In this document: positions 23,931-35,795 of the stretch, piece after piece
Position numbering within the stretch: the first letter of the stretch is position 1
Layout of the letters: each line of letters begins with the position of its first letter
NCBI GenBank assembly: GCA_965285935.1
Contig: OZ260662.1
Span: 70,246,001-70,310,000 of the forward strand
Direction: 5' to 3'
Source: Ophelia neglecta
Taxonomy: Eukaryota
DNA length: 64,000 nucleotides
The notes under the pieces: generated by a model
What the model was told of the DNA's origin: nothing
Seen by the model: only the letters and a program-made list of their open reading frames with translations
The model's database searches: none
Made by a program: the position numbers and the translations under genes

Positions 23931-26900
23931 TATTCATGTCTTCTGAGGAATGCAAATGCAATTCATTTCATATTTCTTAATAGTTCTTTGTACTAGCCCA
24001 TCGGATTACGCAAACAATGAAAAGATAACTCGAATTCACATTTGATAAACAATATTGTGTATTACAACAATGAATATTCATCAGGCTTACACATTCATCA
24101 ACTTTAAGATATCAAAATAATGAATTCTATGTTGTCTTTTTTTCTTTTTCACTGTTAAAAACCATTTTTGCTGGCAGCTGACGACAAGCCCTTTGCTTCA
24201 TTTTACATACAAAAACAAAAAACTTGTTACTGCCAAATCTTATAATGACTGAATATATATAAACAGTAACAATGGCTGCATTGATACCAAACACTAGGCA
24301 ATATTTTATCAGCAATTAAAAAAGGGAGGCAATTAATAAATGCAATATTAATGCATAATACAAAAAGGCTTATCAGTATTACATTTAGGTGTTCTTTACT
24401 ATGAAATTGTTTTAACATCGGACACAAAGTTCTAAGGGAATTCACAAGATAAAATGGATACATATATACTTCACATATAAGAATTAAAAGCATGCCACAA
24501 AATATTGTCTAAATAAACACACATGGCGACATGTGATTTGTCTAGCTTCTTTATCGCATCAGTACACCACATTGGCAGGAATAATAAATATTACAAAATG
24601 ATTAACCTTTACCCTATCAGTGACATCTGATAGTAAAAGGGTTAAATTCCTTGCAAAGATAAAATCAAGTTATCATATCACCATTGCTTTAATCACCTTC
24701 TGCGCCTTTACTTGAACCATTTAATACACCTGGATATCTACATCAGATACAGGATAAAAAGAAACACCCAACAACTTTTAAATTACATGTTTATCCACAT
24801 ACATGATATCTTCTGTTACTCAAAAAAAAGTTCTGAAAATAACAGGAGTATTGTTACTTCAAAACTGTGTCTTTCAGATGTGCACTTCTTTATCTATGAT
24901 TATAATATTAGAACCTTTATATAATATGATTGAAACTTTTATGATTAACCTACATTTATATAATGATATATCTACATGAATATATAATAAGCTGCACAGA
25001 AAGATGTGGTTATAGGTCACCTGATAGGTGCTCTAAGAGGTCACATGCCTGCAATAGCTACTTGGTAATCAACTGCTCAGAGTGGATCTCTGGCAAGACC
25101 ATGAAACTAAATGTAAATGCAGAGATGAAATTATTTATTTCTAGAAGAAAAACAAACATGATAAAGACAATATGGACAGGGAGAGAGAGTGCCAACTTAC
25201 CTGAGCATGTAAAATAATTCCACTTCATATCTCTTCCAGTTGCAACAACAACAAAACATTAAGCAAACTAATGAGGACATTGATCTCACTGATCAACTTT
25301 AAGCAAGGGAGAGGTAATCATTTCAGACAGACTCCATGCTTGTGACCCTCAATGTGTACCCTTTGTATTAAATTCACATAGTTTATACATTCAGTGTAAT
25401 GAACTCTGATTGGTCATTTGGCCCTTGACTTTCAATTTATTAAACTCTCATTGGGACCCTTTTATTTCTCTCCTGCAGCCAACTTACAAATTATGAAAAG
25501 CTGCCTGCATTGTGCTAGAAATAAACATTTTATTACTACACATTTGAGATAAAAGTCTGGAATGCAAGACTTATTTCTGTATTGGCATATACTACCTGTA
25601 TTAATAAAGCAAGACATATGCACTTTTGTAATTGTCTCCTGCAAAATTAAGTGAAGATTAACAACAAGTTTATTGTCTGGTGCAGCATGTACACAATCTT
25701 TCCTATTAGCTATTCTAATAACCCTTAAATAAACCAATAAACCGACAATTACCATTTTCTTCTCTGTAAAAGATTGCCAGTCTTTGTATATGATTGTTAA
25801 TAAACTTAACAGATAATTAAATATAATCCTAACACGAAAATTGTCTACTGAAGTACATCAGGTCATTAAGAAATTATAAACCAAGTAAAATACTGGTAAA
25901 CAGGAATCCCATCTACCTTAAATAGTAGCATCATTATTTAAATACAAATATTTCAATTGAAACCTTGCAGATGAAAGGTAAGCAAATCATAATTAACTAC
26001 ATGTTACTTGAAAACAACCTTGAGGAAATAATGGTGCTGCAAATCTTACATTTGTTTCACAGAAGGTCGGTTTTAAACAGCTTTATGAATCAAGAAACAT
26101 ACCCAACTACTTTTAAAAGCAAGCACATTAAGGAATGAAAACCATTGTCACTCTGGGCTACTACTAGATGTGTTAAGCAGAAAACACTAGTTAATTATAC
26201 AGGGTTGTCCAAACAGTGTTCTTAGAGGTATAACTTATATATATATATAATAGTAGTATATTCCTAATATTTACATAATACTCTTGCTGAACATTTAAAG
26301 TACATTATATCATTAATCAGTTGTTCTGGACCCAAATGTGACACCAGCAAAATTCTATAGATCATTTTTTGCAAGGGGATACTTAATGATTTGGCCACCT
26401 TACCCCATTACATGGCATACCTTGTAAACCATAACTTGAACTAATCAAATGCACTTATTATGCATTTTCATTGTAAATTAAATAGTATTTTACTCTTATC
26501 TATAGGCAACGTTTACAGCATTGCTATAGATAAGCTCATAGTGCACACTACAATCTTCTTGTTCCTTAGTTCCACTTGTGCCTGTTTTCGCACTTTTTAA
26601 CAATAATAATCACAACCATAGCCAAAACAAATGAGGGACACAGCTGGGGGATATTAAGGCAAATTGCCTAGGAACCAAAGCAGTTTACAACTAAATTTAG
26701 ATACATGTCATCCACACTTGCTGGGGCTTGAAGTCTTGCTTGTTTGATAAGAAAATCATGCCAGGGACTTTCAAAATGTGGTGTGCACTCACAAGGCCAG
26801 GCCTCCCTATTAAGAATATGGTATTACATCAAACAGCCTCATACACAATGCCATGTATAATTATTGTATATGCAGCAACTGGTAATGAAATTTTACATCC

Positions 26901-27034
26901 ATTTGTATATCAAAACAAACACCCACAATGATGTGAAATCCATCTTAGAGCGACTCACTTGTTACAAAATATTGTAATAAAGAGCTTTTCCAGTAAAAAA
27001 GCAGTTTAAGATCAGTAAGAATTGTTGGCAGCAC

Positions 27035-30000
27035 CTACTGTGCTTTGGCATTGAGTCTTCCCTGTTTGGCGTTACCAATATTTGTTCGCTGTATTATGTA
27101 TGGCCAGAGACTGCTTGGCAATGAAACAGGTGATGTCTCTTCACTGTTAGTGTTGTCCCTGTGTACAAATACAAGAATATTATTAGCCACAGGAATGTAG
27201 ATAATTCAGCTTCAAATGTCAAGAAGTATTTGTGTTTGAAAGGAAACATGTAAGCCTATATGGAAATACTTTGATAGAAACAATGAAAGAATGTAATTTA
27301 ATATGATAATGTTAATACCACAAATAAAAAGGAAAGCAAAATTGATATGCTTTATTTATTAAATGAAAGATTTCATCTTAAAAGATAAAATGTGTGAAGG
27401 AAGCAAACAAAAGATTTGGTCTTGTGATCCTCAAAAATTCCCGAATAAATCCATCGCAAGATTGACTGTAGGGTATTGTGTGACTAGTGGTCGTGATTGG
27501 CAACCATTGTGATATCAATCCTGGTGACCTGTGACCAATCATACTTTTAATCTAACCCTACAACTGCTCACACAATCAGCCAAAGCCCAGTAGTGGCAAT
27601 GCCCTCCTGAAGTGCCCCCCAACCTCCCTCTCCTATTCTCGCATCCGGTTGGCATATTTGCTATACAATGACTACCTCTGAATCCAGGCACACCCAGAAT
27701 TGTGCTTTCTTCTCTTCTTGTTCTTGTTTATCTGCCGGAACAGTACAGTGGCGACAAGAGCACTCAGCTCTTGTTGTTGCTCCCTTTGCAGCCTGACCAA
27801 CATGAGATAAAGTCTTTTTGGTGGCACTGGTGCATATGCTATAGCAATCCTCTTTGGGGTTGAAGTGCACAGTGACTTTAACTCCATGGCTTGCTCTATA
27901 TATTCCATGGGGGCTACCTAGGGAAATTTGGGAATATGAGGGTTATGGTTGGAATTTGAGGAATATGACAGGTGGCCCCACCTAACGGCAGGTGGCACAT
28001 CCAGTTGCACAACTAATCGTGCAACTGTTTCACCTGCGATCATGCAAGACTAGTGTTACGACCATGCAAGACTGTCTACAATTTGGAACTCCCAGGTCAG
28101 AAATTTTGAACATGACCAACTATGCTGCAACTGATTTTGCTTTGGCAAACCTCCACTACCTCCCGGACCAGGCTCCACTCTATTTACAACATCTAATGAT
28201 TTGAGCAGTTTTTGGTTGCAATCAGTTGTGTCTGGTGTGGCTGTGGCTGTAGAAATATATATGTACAAATATCAGTCAAAACTCAAAAATAACAGAATAG
28301 GTCATCTTACCATATAACAGTTTGTGTATCTTCTGTAGAGCATTCCATCTGGGCATCAATGCTGTACAGGTTGATTCTCATGGAATCCTGGCAGGCAGCT
28401 GGGCCCAGGAGGGAAGCCTTGTTGAAGAGGTCATTGGCCATCCAAAAGCTTGGCATACGAGGATACATGTCCCCATTGTCCTCTGGCATATGAAACCCTA
28501 GCAGTTGAAGCAATTTGAGAAAGTGCTTGTTCTTAAGCCATCAGACTGAATTCTGTAAAGGCAACCAGTGGTAGGGACTTCCCCAGTGCTGAAAAATATT
28601 GGATAGAATTAAATGAGGTTAAATATGAAACCCTCTACCATGGCTAGCCATTAAAAGCCATAAGAAATTAAAAGAGATTAAAAGCCAGTGAGTCCTCACT
28701 GTCTCGCATCGTATCAATTGATTGTCTGAGGAGCAGTGTTCTCAGTTTACACACTGTTGCTTTGCCCTCTCTTGTCTTTTCTCTTTTTAACCTTTTGGTT
28801 TCTCAGGATAATCAATTGAACACATAATATATTTGCAAAACACTTCAAAACAAAGAAAGAAAGACAGGGTAAACCTCTGCAATGTTCCTCATCTAAAACC
28901 AACAGTTATAATGATTTCTTGAGTCTAAGATCTATGTATTGTTTCTGTTGCCTGCCTTACCAAGATACCCATAAAACTATTCTCAAGGTGAAGCTAATAA
29001 CCAAGTTTCACATAATCATTTTCAAAGAAAATAGGCTAATACACTGAACCATAAAGCTCCAGCTAGATGTAAATGTATGAAACTGATGGCTAGACTGGCA
29101 AAAGCAAGTGGCTCATTCTAGTCTCACAACTGCAACTCAATAAGGTGCAAGAATTGTGGTTAACTAAAGGTTCTCAATGTAGTTCTGTGCTCTAGCGCTT
29201 AAAACAAATGCAGAAATAATTATTTTTGTGGTTTGACCTTGAAAATGACACCAAGGTAAAATTTGAAAACAAATTTGATAAAATGACCAAGATTTTCTTT
29301 CCCAAGGTGTTCCAATGCTGACCTAGGTTGTAACTATTAAACTGAAAGCAGACATCTTGCATATAATGATGTGACCTTGAACTGAAACATCAAGGTCAAG
29401 TGATAACTTGATAAGATCCCCAAAGAGAAAACCTGATAAGAACCCCAAAATAATCATTTCTATTGGCTTCCAGTGTTGATCTAGGTGTTAGTTGTTAAGT
29501 TAAAGGCAGAAATCCTAAATATGGTATTGTGACCTTTAAAATGGACATCAACAGCAAATTTGAGAACAATATAAGACAACCAAATATGCATTTCTATAGA
29601 TTTCCAATAATGATCTGGATTCTAGCTGTTAAATCACGATATAAGTGATTTGACTTTGAAAAGAGACACCAAGATCAAATTTAAGAACTCGGTAAAACAC
29701 ACAAAATATGCAAATCTATAACCTGCCAATGTTGATCTAGGTTCTATCTCCTATAAACAGAGTTGAAATCTTGATTGTAGTAATTTGACCTTGAAAATGG
29801 ACCCCAAGATCAGATTGATAAATTGATTTTATGCATAAGATATGATTTCTTATAGAATCACAATGCTGATCTTTGTTCTAACAGCTAAAGCTAAAATCTT
29901 GAATTTTATTGATCACACCTTGAGGATTAGGCCAAGGTTAATGAATGATGCCACAGGAATACTTAAATTATTCAGTCAATTGCTCAATTTAACTCCAACT

Positions 30001-33000
30001 TCCATTAAGATGGATGTTAATGTGTAAAACAACAAGGAGCAGGAGTAATTGCAGATGCCCCACCACCACCCACCTAAATCCAATGTGGGAGATTTGGGTT
30101 TGTTTATGTGGAAATGAATTGTTACCAAGAATAATTTTCGTTTCCTGCGCAAATTATGAATGGCTTAGGATGAATCAATAATTCCTATGTAAATTGTTAA
30201 GTAGATTTCATTAAAACCCTAATTAAGTGGATTTGACATATCAAACGGAAATGGCATAAATAAAATACCGGCATTATTTGACATAAGGACAACATTATTC
30301 AGGATATCGGGGCTTAGAAGGTTTAAGGGAGCTCTGAATGATTTTAGTTGGTGATTGGTTACACGACCAACATAAATCTGCTTTTGTAAAGACACAATGA
30401 TAGCTTATCTGCTTCTGGCAATTTCTATAGAATTCGCAGGGGAAACGTGCCCACATTCATCACATGTCACACACAATCACATGACAATGCACGATTTGAC
30501 TCCTATACATGATACATTGTTATCACTCTTCAATTCAATGAGTGTCACATGGTATTAATTGTCTCTAGCCAAGCCATGAAAATTCATGGGTGCCTGATGG
30601 GCTACCTGTGATCGTGGTGGGGTGCGCTGCTTGGTTGTGATGCCATAGGACAATACAAGAATACCTAGTGCCATGACTGTGACCTACCGCGCCCAATGTA
30701 AGCCAACCCAGCAATCCTCTGATGTGCCTGCTGCATTGAATACATAGGGCTAGCTTAAGGCTGGCAAACAACCTTGTCTTTTTTTGACATAATACAGAAC
30801 AATGAATTATCCAGCTTATGCCATAAATTATTACTAAGATTGAACTGGAATGATCCCTGACACAATCTGGGGTATGTTTAATTAAACCACTTTAGTAAAA
30901 GTTGTAAAATCAGTTATTTGAATTAATTTCAATTGAATTTTTTATTATTAACAGACGTTTAAAACATGTGGAGACCCTCAAATGTTTGTGCATAAAATAT
31001 GTTCTAAATATGTTTTTTGCACCTGTTATAAGACCAATGATTGTGAACAGACAAGCTGTTATTCAGCAGTCTTGGTTTGGTGGCACCAATTACCACATTC
31101 CTCCTTGGGGATGTGCTAAACTTTCACCAGGTACAAATATGTGTTAATAAATATTAACATCCCCTTAATATTGAATGTCATCATCCTTAAAATCAATTGC
31201 ACTGTCTGTGGCTGCATCCTTTGAACGAAAACATGTGACTTCTAGACACGCATGTAGTCAGCTTCCAACAAAGGAAAATTGTATGAAGACGTTGTGTGTC
31301 AAAAAATAATCAATTAGCTTAGGATTGATGATAGTAATTAATACATTTGATTGAACAATAGTAGGATAATAGCATGATGCCCTTCATGCAGATTATAACC
31401 CACCAGTAATGTTATCTATTTGTTCCAGCTTGACATTCTAATGACAGAATAACAACTAACAAAACAAGTCATCATTGCTCACACAGGTAGAAATTCCAAA
31501 TACACTATACCTTATGCTGATGGAGGATTTTAAGTCTGTGAAAACTCTTGTAACATGTCATTCCATTAAGCAAATGAGCTTAAGGGCCTCAGCGCACACT
31601 ACGCAAGCAATGACAAACACTCTTCATTTTTCCTTTACGTAAATAAAGTGTTTTTATTTCTAGTCATTTGATTTTCCTTTGGCAAGCACCCTCACCACTC
31701 ATTCTAGGTAAGAATACCTTGGCACCCAATAACCTAAAACAATAAAACTAGTCACCCCATACCAAAGCTTCTACATACTCTAAAGTGTTAGGCAGTTTTG
31801 TGTAGGAATTTCCCAGTTGCTAATTTATGGCTGATTTATAAGCGGTGGTGGAAGTAACCCATGAGGCAAAATTTTATTATGATTATATTCAGGGGGGAAG
31901 GAGCAAAAACTAATGATCTATCAAATATGAGTATTTTATATTTTTGCCATTGCTCTACTTTGGGTGAGAAGGGGGAGGATCTTCCCATATACATAAATGT
32001 ACATCCTCCCCTGACACATGCATATTCTTTGACCATCCCCCCTCATTGTCATCCCTTCTCAAAAATGGTTAGTTAATGTGTGATGGGATTTGTCCTCTAC
32101 AATGTCTCTTGGCATGGGGAATTTTATTCTTTTTTTTTCAGGAGTCCAGACCAGAATATTAAATCCTCTATTGCTTTAGCTGTTCAATTTTTAAAAGCTT
32201 TTTACCTTATTTACAAGAATTTTCAAGTACATGATAATAAATCGGTGACAAAGTGAGTGTCTAATGGGTGAAAATAAGGAAGTTTGTGGAGTTTCTAAAG
32301 AAACAATAAAGGATGCCTTTTCTGTAATAGCTACAGAGTGCAGCTCAATAGGGGGCCTTATATCCATATTGCTGATCTGATGCTATATTGACAGTGACCC
32401 TGTGCAATATGTAGTAACTCTCTCCTGTACAATATAGCTGCAATTCTGTGGCTATATCTGTAAAAGCTGTATCCAATAATTGCCATTTGCACATGTGCAT
32501 TAATAACTAATTGTACACCAACTTAATCAAATTAACACTGTTATGCTGAATCATATTCTTTCCATGGAGGAACAGCAAATACTGACAGGTGAATATTACC
32601 TTTGTCTTCTACCTGGTCTAATCAAAATTCAGTGATGATGCAAACATTAACATGGTTATGAATCAACGCCCTAGGGTGTCCATTAACTCTTAGATGTGCA
32701 GGTATACCATACCTAATCAGGCTAATAGTAGACATGTGTCATGCACATAAACCAGGTACAAAAGAAATAAAAAACGTGTGTTGGGCAAGGGAGATATATT
32801 CTTACAGGTACAAAAGAAAGCCACACCAGCACATATATAACACAATCAATATTGCCTACCTGTATAATGGAGAATTGTTGGCTCCGCTGGCTTTCCGCTG
32901 CAGTCAGTTAGATAGGACCCAGACTTCACAAAGCAGGCTTCCACCAATGTACCCTGTAACCAATGTACTAATTTGTCCTTCTTTGCCTCACACAGAATTT

Positions 33001-35795
33001 TAACACACTGATCTATAGTGGCATGTTCTATCTGATCTGATGGATCTTTTCTGTTTTGCCTCAATAAGTGATCTTCGCTACTAAATTGTATGTCTTGCAG
33101 TAAGCCATGCTTATGCAAGTGTTGCTCAACTTGTTTAATGCTCTTCTTAATGTTCAATGTGTTGAGTTCACTGACCACTTCAGAGAGTAAACGATCCGTG
33201 CTCATGGGCTTCTTCAGCTTGCTGTATAACATAAACAGTTCATCTTCCTCTTCCTGAGTCCAAGATGAATTTACCTCACTGTTACAGTCCTTCTTCTCAT
33301 CTGAGTCATCCTCCTTCAAGGCATTCATACCTTCCATTTCAAAGTCCAACCCACACAACAGTCTGATACAATCAAGTGAGTTAGCCTGGAGCTTACCCAG
33401 ACAGCTTTGGAGTATGTACTCCATTAGATCACAGCATTCAGGTGGAATGCAGTCCATCATGGGATTATCAAGAATGTTGAGGAAGTTCTGTACAATAGGT
33501 ATCTGAATGAGGGCTTCTGGACATTGGCAGTCTCCAGCAACATGGTGCATCATGGTGAAGACGCGGTCATTCAACTCTGCTGGATTTGTTTTGAAACCAT
33601 CCAAAATAGAGCTATACTTGAGCATGAGCTCCGATGTGCCAAAGTTCCTGACATGTTCTAGAATATCATAGTGCTTGTACTTTTCCCCCCAGGACATCAC
33701 CACATCAGTGATGAGAAGGAATTCATGGTTGGCCGTAACCACATCAATTAGATACTGCTTTCCATGAAGTTCTTGCTTGTAATGTCTGAGCAAGAGAACA
33801 AACAGAAGCCGAAGATCAGTCATTTGTATAATGGAATTCTGAAGTTTAGATAAATAGCGTCTATTGGCAGCTGATAATTTGTCACTGTGAAAATAGTTCA
33901 TAGATTGTAGAACTTGTAGAATGGCCACAACCGTAAGGTAGTTTTTTCTCACAGTCCCTAGGACTAACATGTTTCCTTCTTGGTGAGTATTGTTTTCAGT
34001 TGATTTTTTACATTCTTTGCTAATGTCCTCACAGCTAGTAACACTGAGGGAAACCAGTAAGCCAATGATATCTATGCTTAAACAATCCCTGCAAGGAAAC
34101 AGAAGAAATTATTACACTCAACAACACAGTAACATTTGCTTTGGTTCCTGGTTTATAATGGTTGCAATTAAGGAACTATTCATCATAATAGTTACATTTA
34201 TAAATTATTCATCACAGAATATCAACGACAGCAATTAATGAAGCTGCCAGCATATAATCCATTTCAAGGATTTCTTAACATTAGAATAACAAATGATCAG
34301 TTATGTAACAATACAACTAATATCTTGCATTTCAATGGACAACTGGACAGCAGGGGTAAGTATGAGATGGGGGAGGATATATTTTTATGGTTTCCTATTT
34401 ATGATGTTCATGGTAGAAATCATTTACAAGTAATTTCTGAAATATTACTTACTTGACATGCTGAAATGGGATGTCTAAGGTGTGGGCCAATTTGAGGAAA
34501 TACTGGACCAGCCACATGAAATAGTGGCCCTCTAGTTGATAGCGATTTTTCTTCTGGTTGACCAGCACAGCTTTCACAGATTTCAAAAGCTCTCCCCAGC
34601 CATTTTTGATGAATTCTCGGGCAAAATCGGACAACACCACACGCAGATGGCAAATCATATCTTTAAGAGAGATATTAGCCTCATTGGTAGTGTCATCATC
34701 CTCAAGTTTATTTCTGTTTTCCTCTTCTCCCAAAACATTCTTCATTCCCTCTTCCTTCTCAGCATGGCATTGTGGGGCAACAGCTTGGGTCTCACATTTA
34801 CCGAGAGAGGCTTTGCTAATGGCACGAGCCATTTCAGCATCTATGTCCATATCAACTTCTGTCTCATTGCAGGATGGTGAGCTCGTTCGTTCCTTGTCAT
34901 TATTCAGAGAAGTTTCACTTGGTTCCCCACAATTAACCGACTGACATGGTCCAGTGTTCTGTCCTCGGTTTTCTGGCTGGCCCAATCTGCCCTGATCACC
35001 GCTGTTTTTGATGTTACGATTGTGAGCTGATTTTGTCATTTCCCCACAGTTGTTCAAAGGACCCGGACCAAAATTAACACACCGCTTGTCCTTAAACAGC
35101 AAGGAGATCAGTTGAATAATAGAAACACACCAAAAGTCTCTGTGTTCAATTGTTAACATCTTAAAAAAGACGTCTTTCAAACCATGCTGAAACATTCCCT
35201 TAATTATTCTCATATTCATTGGTAGTTCATTGGCTGTTTCTGGATCCTGAATATACAGCAAGTTTCTGTAAAGGTATATGGAATAGTCTATCGCCTGGTA
35301 TGCTTGATCAGACAGTCCTTTATTAGGAAGTTGTAGATCTAGAAATATATGCTGCAGTTCTCCAAAGATAACCTTTGTCACTTGAGGATTGAGGAAGGCT
35401 TTTTTGGTTTTATATAACAGTTGATTAATTTCAGTAACTACTTCATGCAGACTTGGATGCTGATAATTCTCTGGAATCATCAAGCAATCTAAAGGCTGGC
35501 TCAAGTTGGCTAAGAGCTTCATTGACAGATAAAATATCTGATCAGTATCTACCTCACACTTATTTTCTTCAATGTGAAGCAGCAATGGAATGATACTCTT
35601 GTTAATGACATCAACAAATGCCAATCTTCTTCGCAGCGGTCTGGATATAGTATCTTCTTTTTCCAGAGATGTTGCAAGTTCCTGAAGAGTATCTACACAA
35701 GTATCAGCTATGATGAAGGACCCATCAGCTAATTCAATTCCAATACTGGCATCAACATAGCTCAGGCCATCAGCATTCATAATATATTGCTCCAT
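27035..35795 (-). CDS. tim: Timeless 1 (insect-type circadian TIM), 4 coding exons, frame disrupted in coding exon 3
   Basis: Coding exons 35795-34453, 34088-32860, 28588-28311, 27158-27035 with GT-AG boundaries and matching phases; acceptor of the first coding exon at 35948. Motifs resemble Drosophila TIM as I recall it: EDTISRPLRRRLAF, LANLSQPLDCL, EINQLLYKTKKAF, YRNLLYI, LSDFAREF, YFMWLVQYFLK, FTMMHHVAGD, SLPLVAF, LLGFHMPEDNGDMYPRMPSFW, terminal LPSSLWPYIIQR. Summed length 2974 nt is not a multiple of 3. Confidence 0.93.
29200..29950 (+). repeat. Degenerate ~135-bp tandem repeat (TGACCTTGAAA...CAAGGTCAAA family) in tim intron
   Basis: About six units with cores near 29233, 29371, 29529, 29649, 29784, 29915; same family as 44100-44880. 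Confidence 0.75.

Noticed and set aside
24602-24645. Tiny TTAA-flanked hairpin (similar one at ~63027-63088)
   Set aside because: Probably remnants of TTAA-specific MITEs but too short to classify.
27661-28268. ORFs in the last tim intron, including a KKRRK...AWIQR stretch reminiscent of PIF/Harbinger transposase N-termini
   Set aside because: The 28056-28268 ORF frame does not match the tim donor phase, and the exon at 27158 gives a better C-terminus. The transposase resemblance is too short to support.
34420-34944. Overlapping ORFs on the opposite strand or alternative frame of tim exon
   Set aside because: Shadow ORFs of the tim coding sequence.
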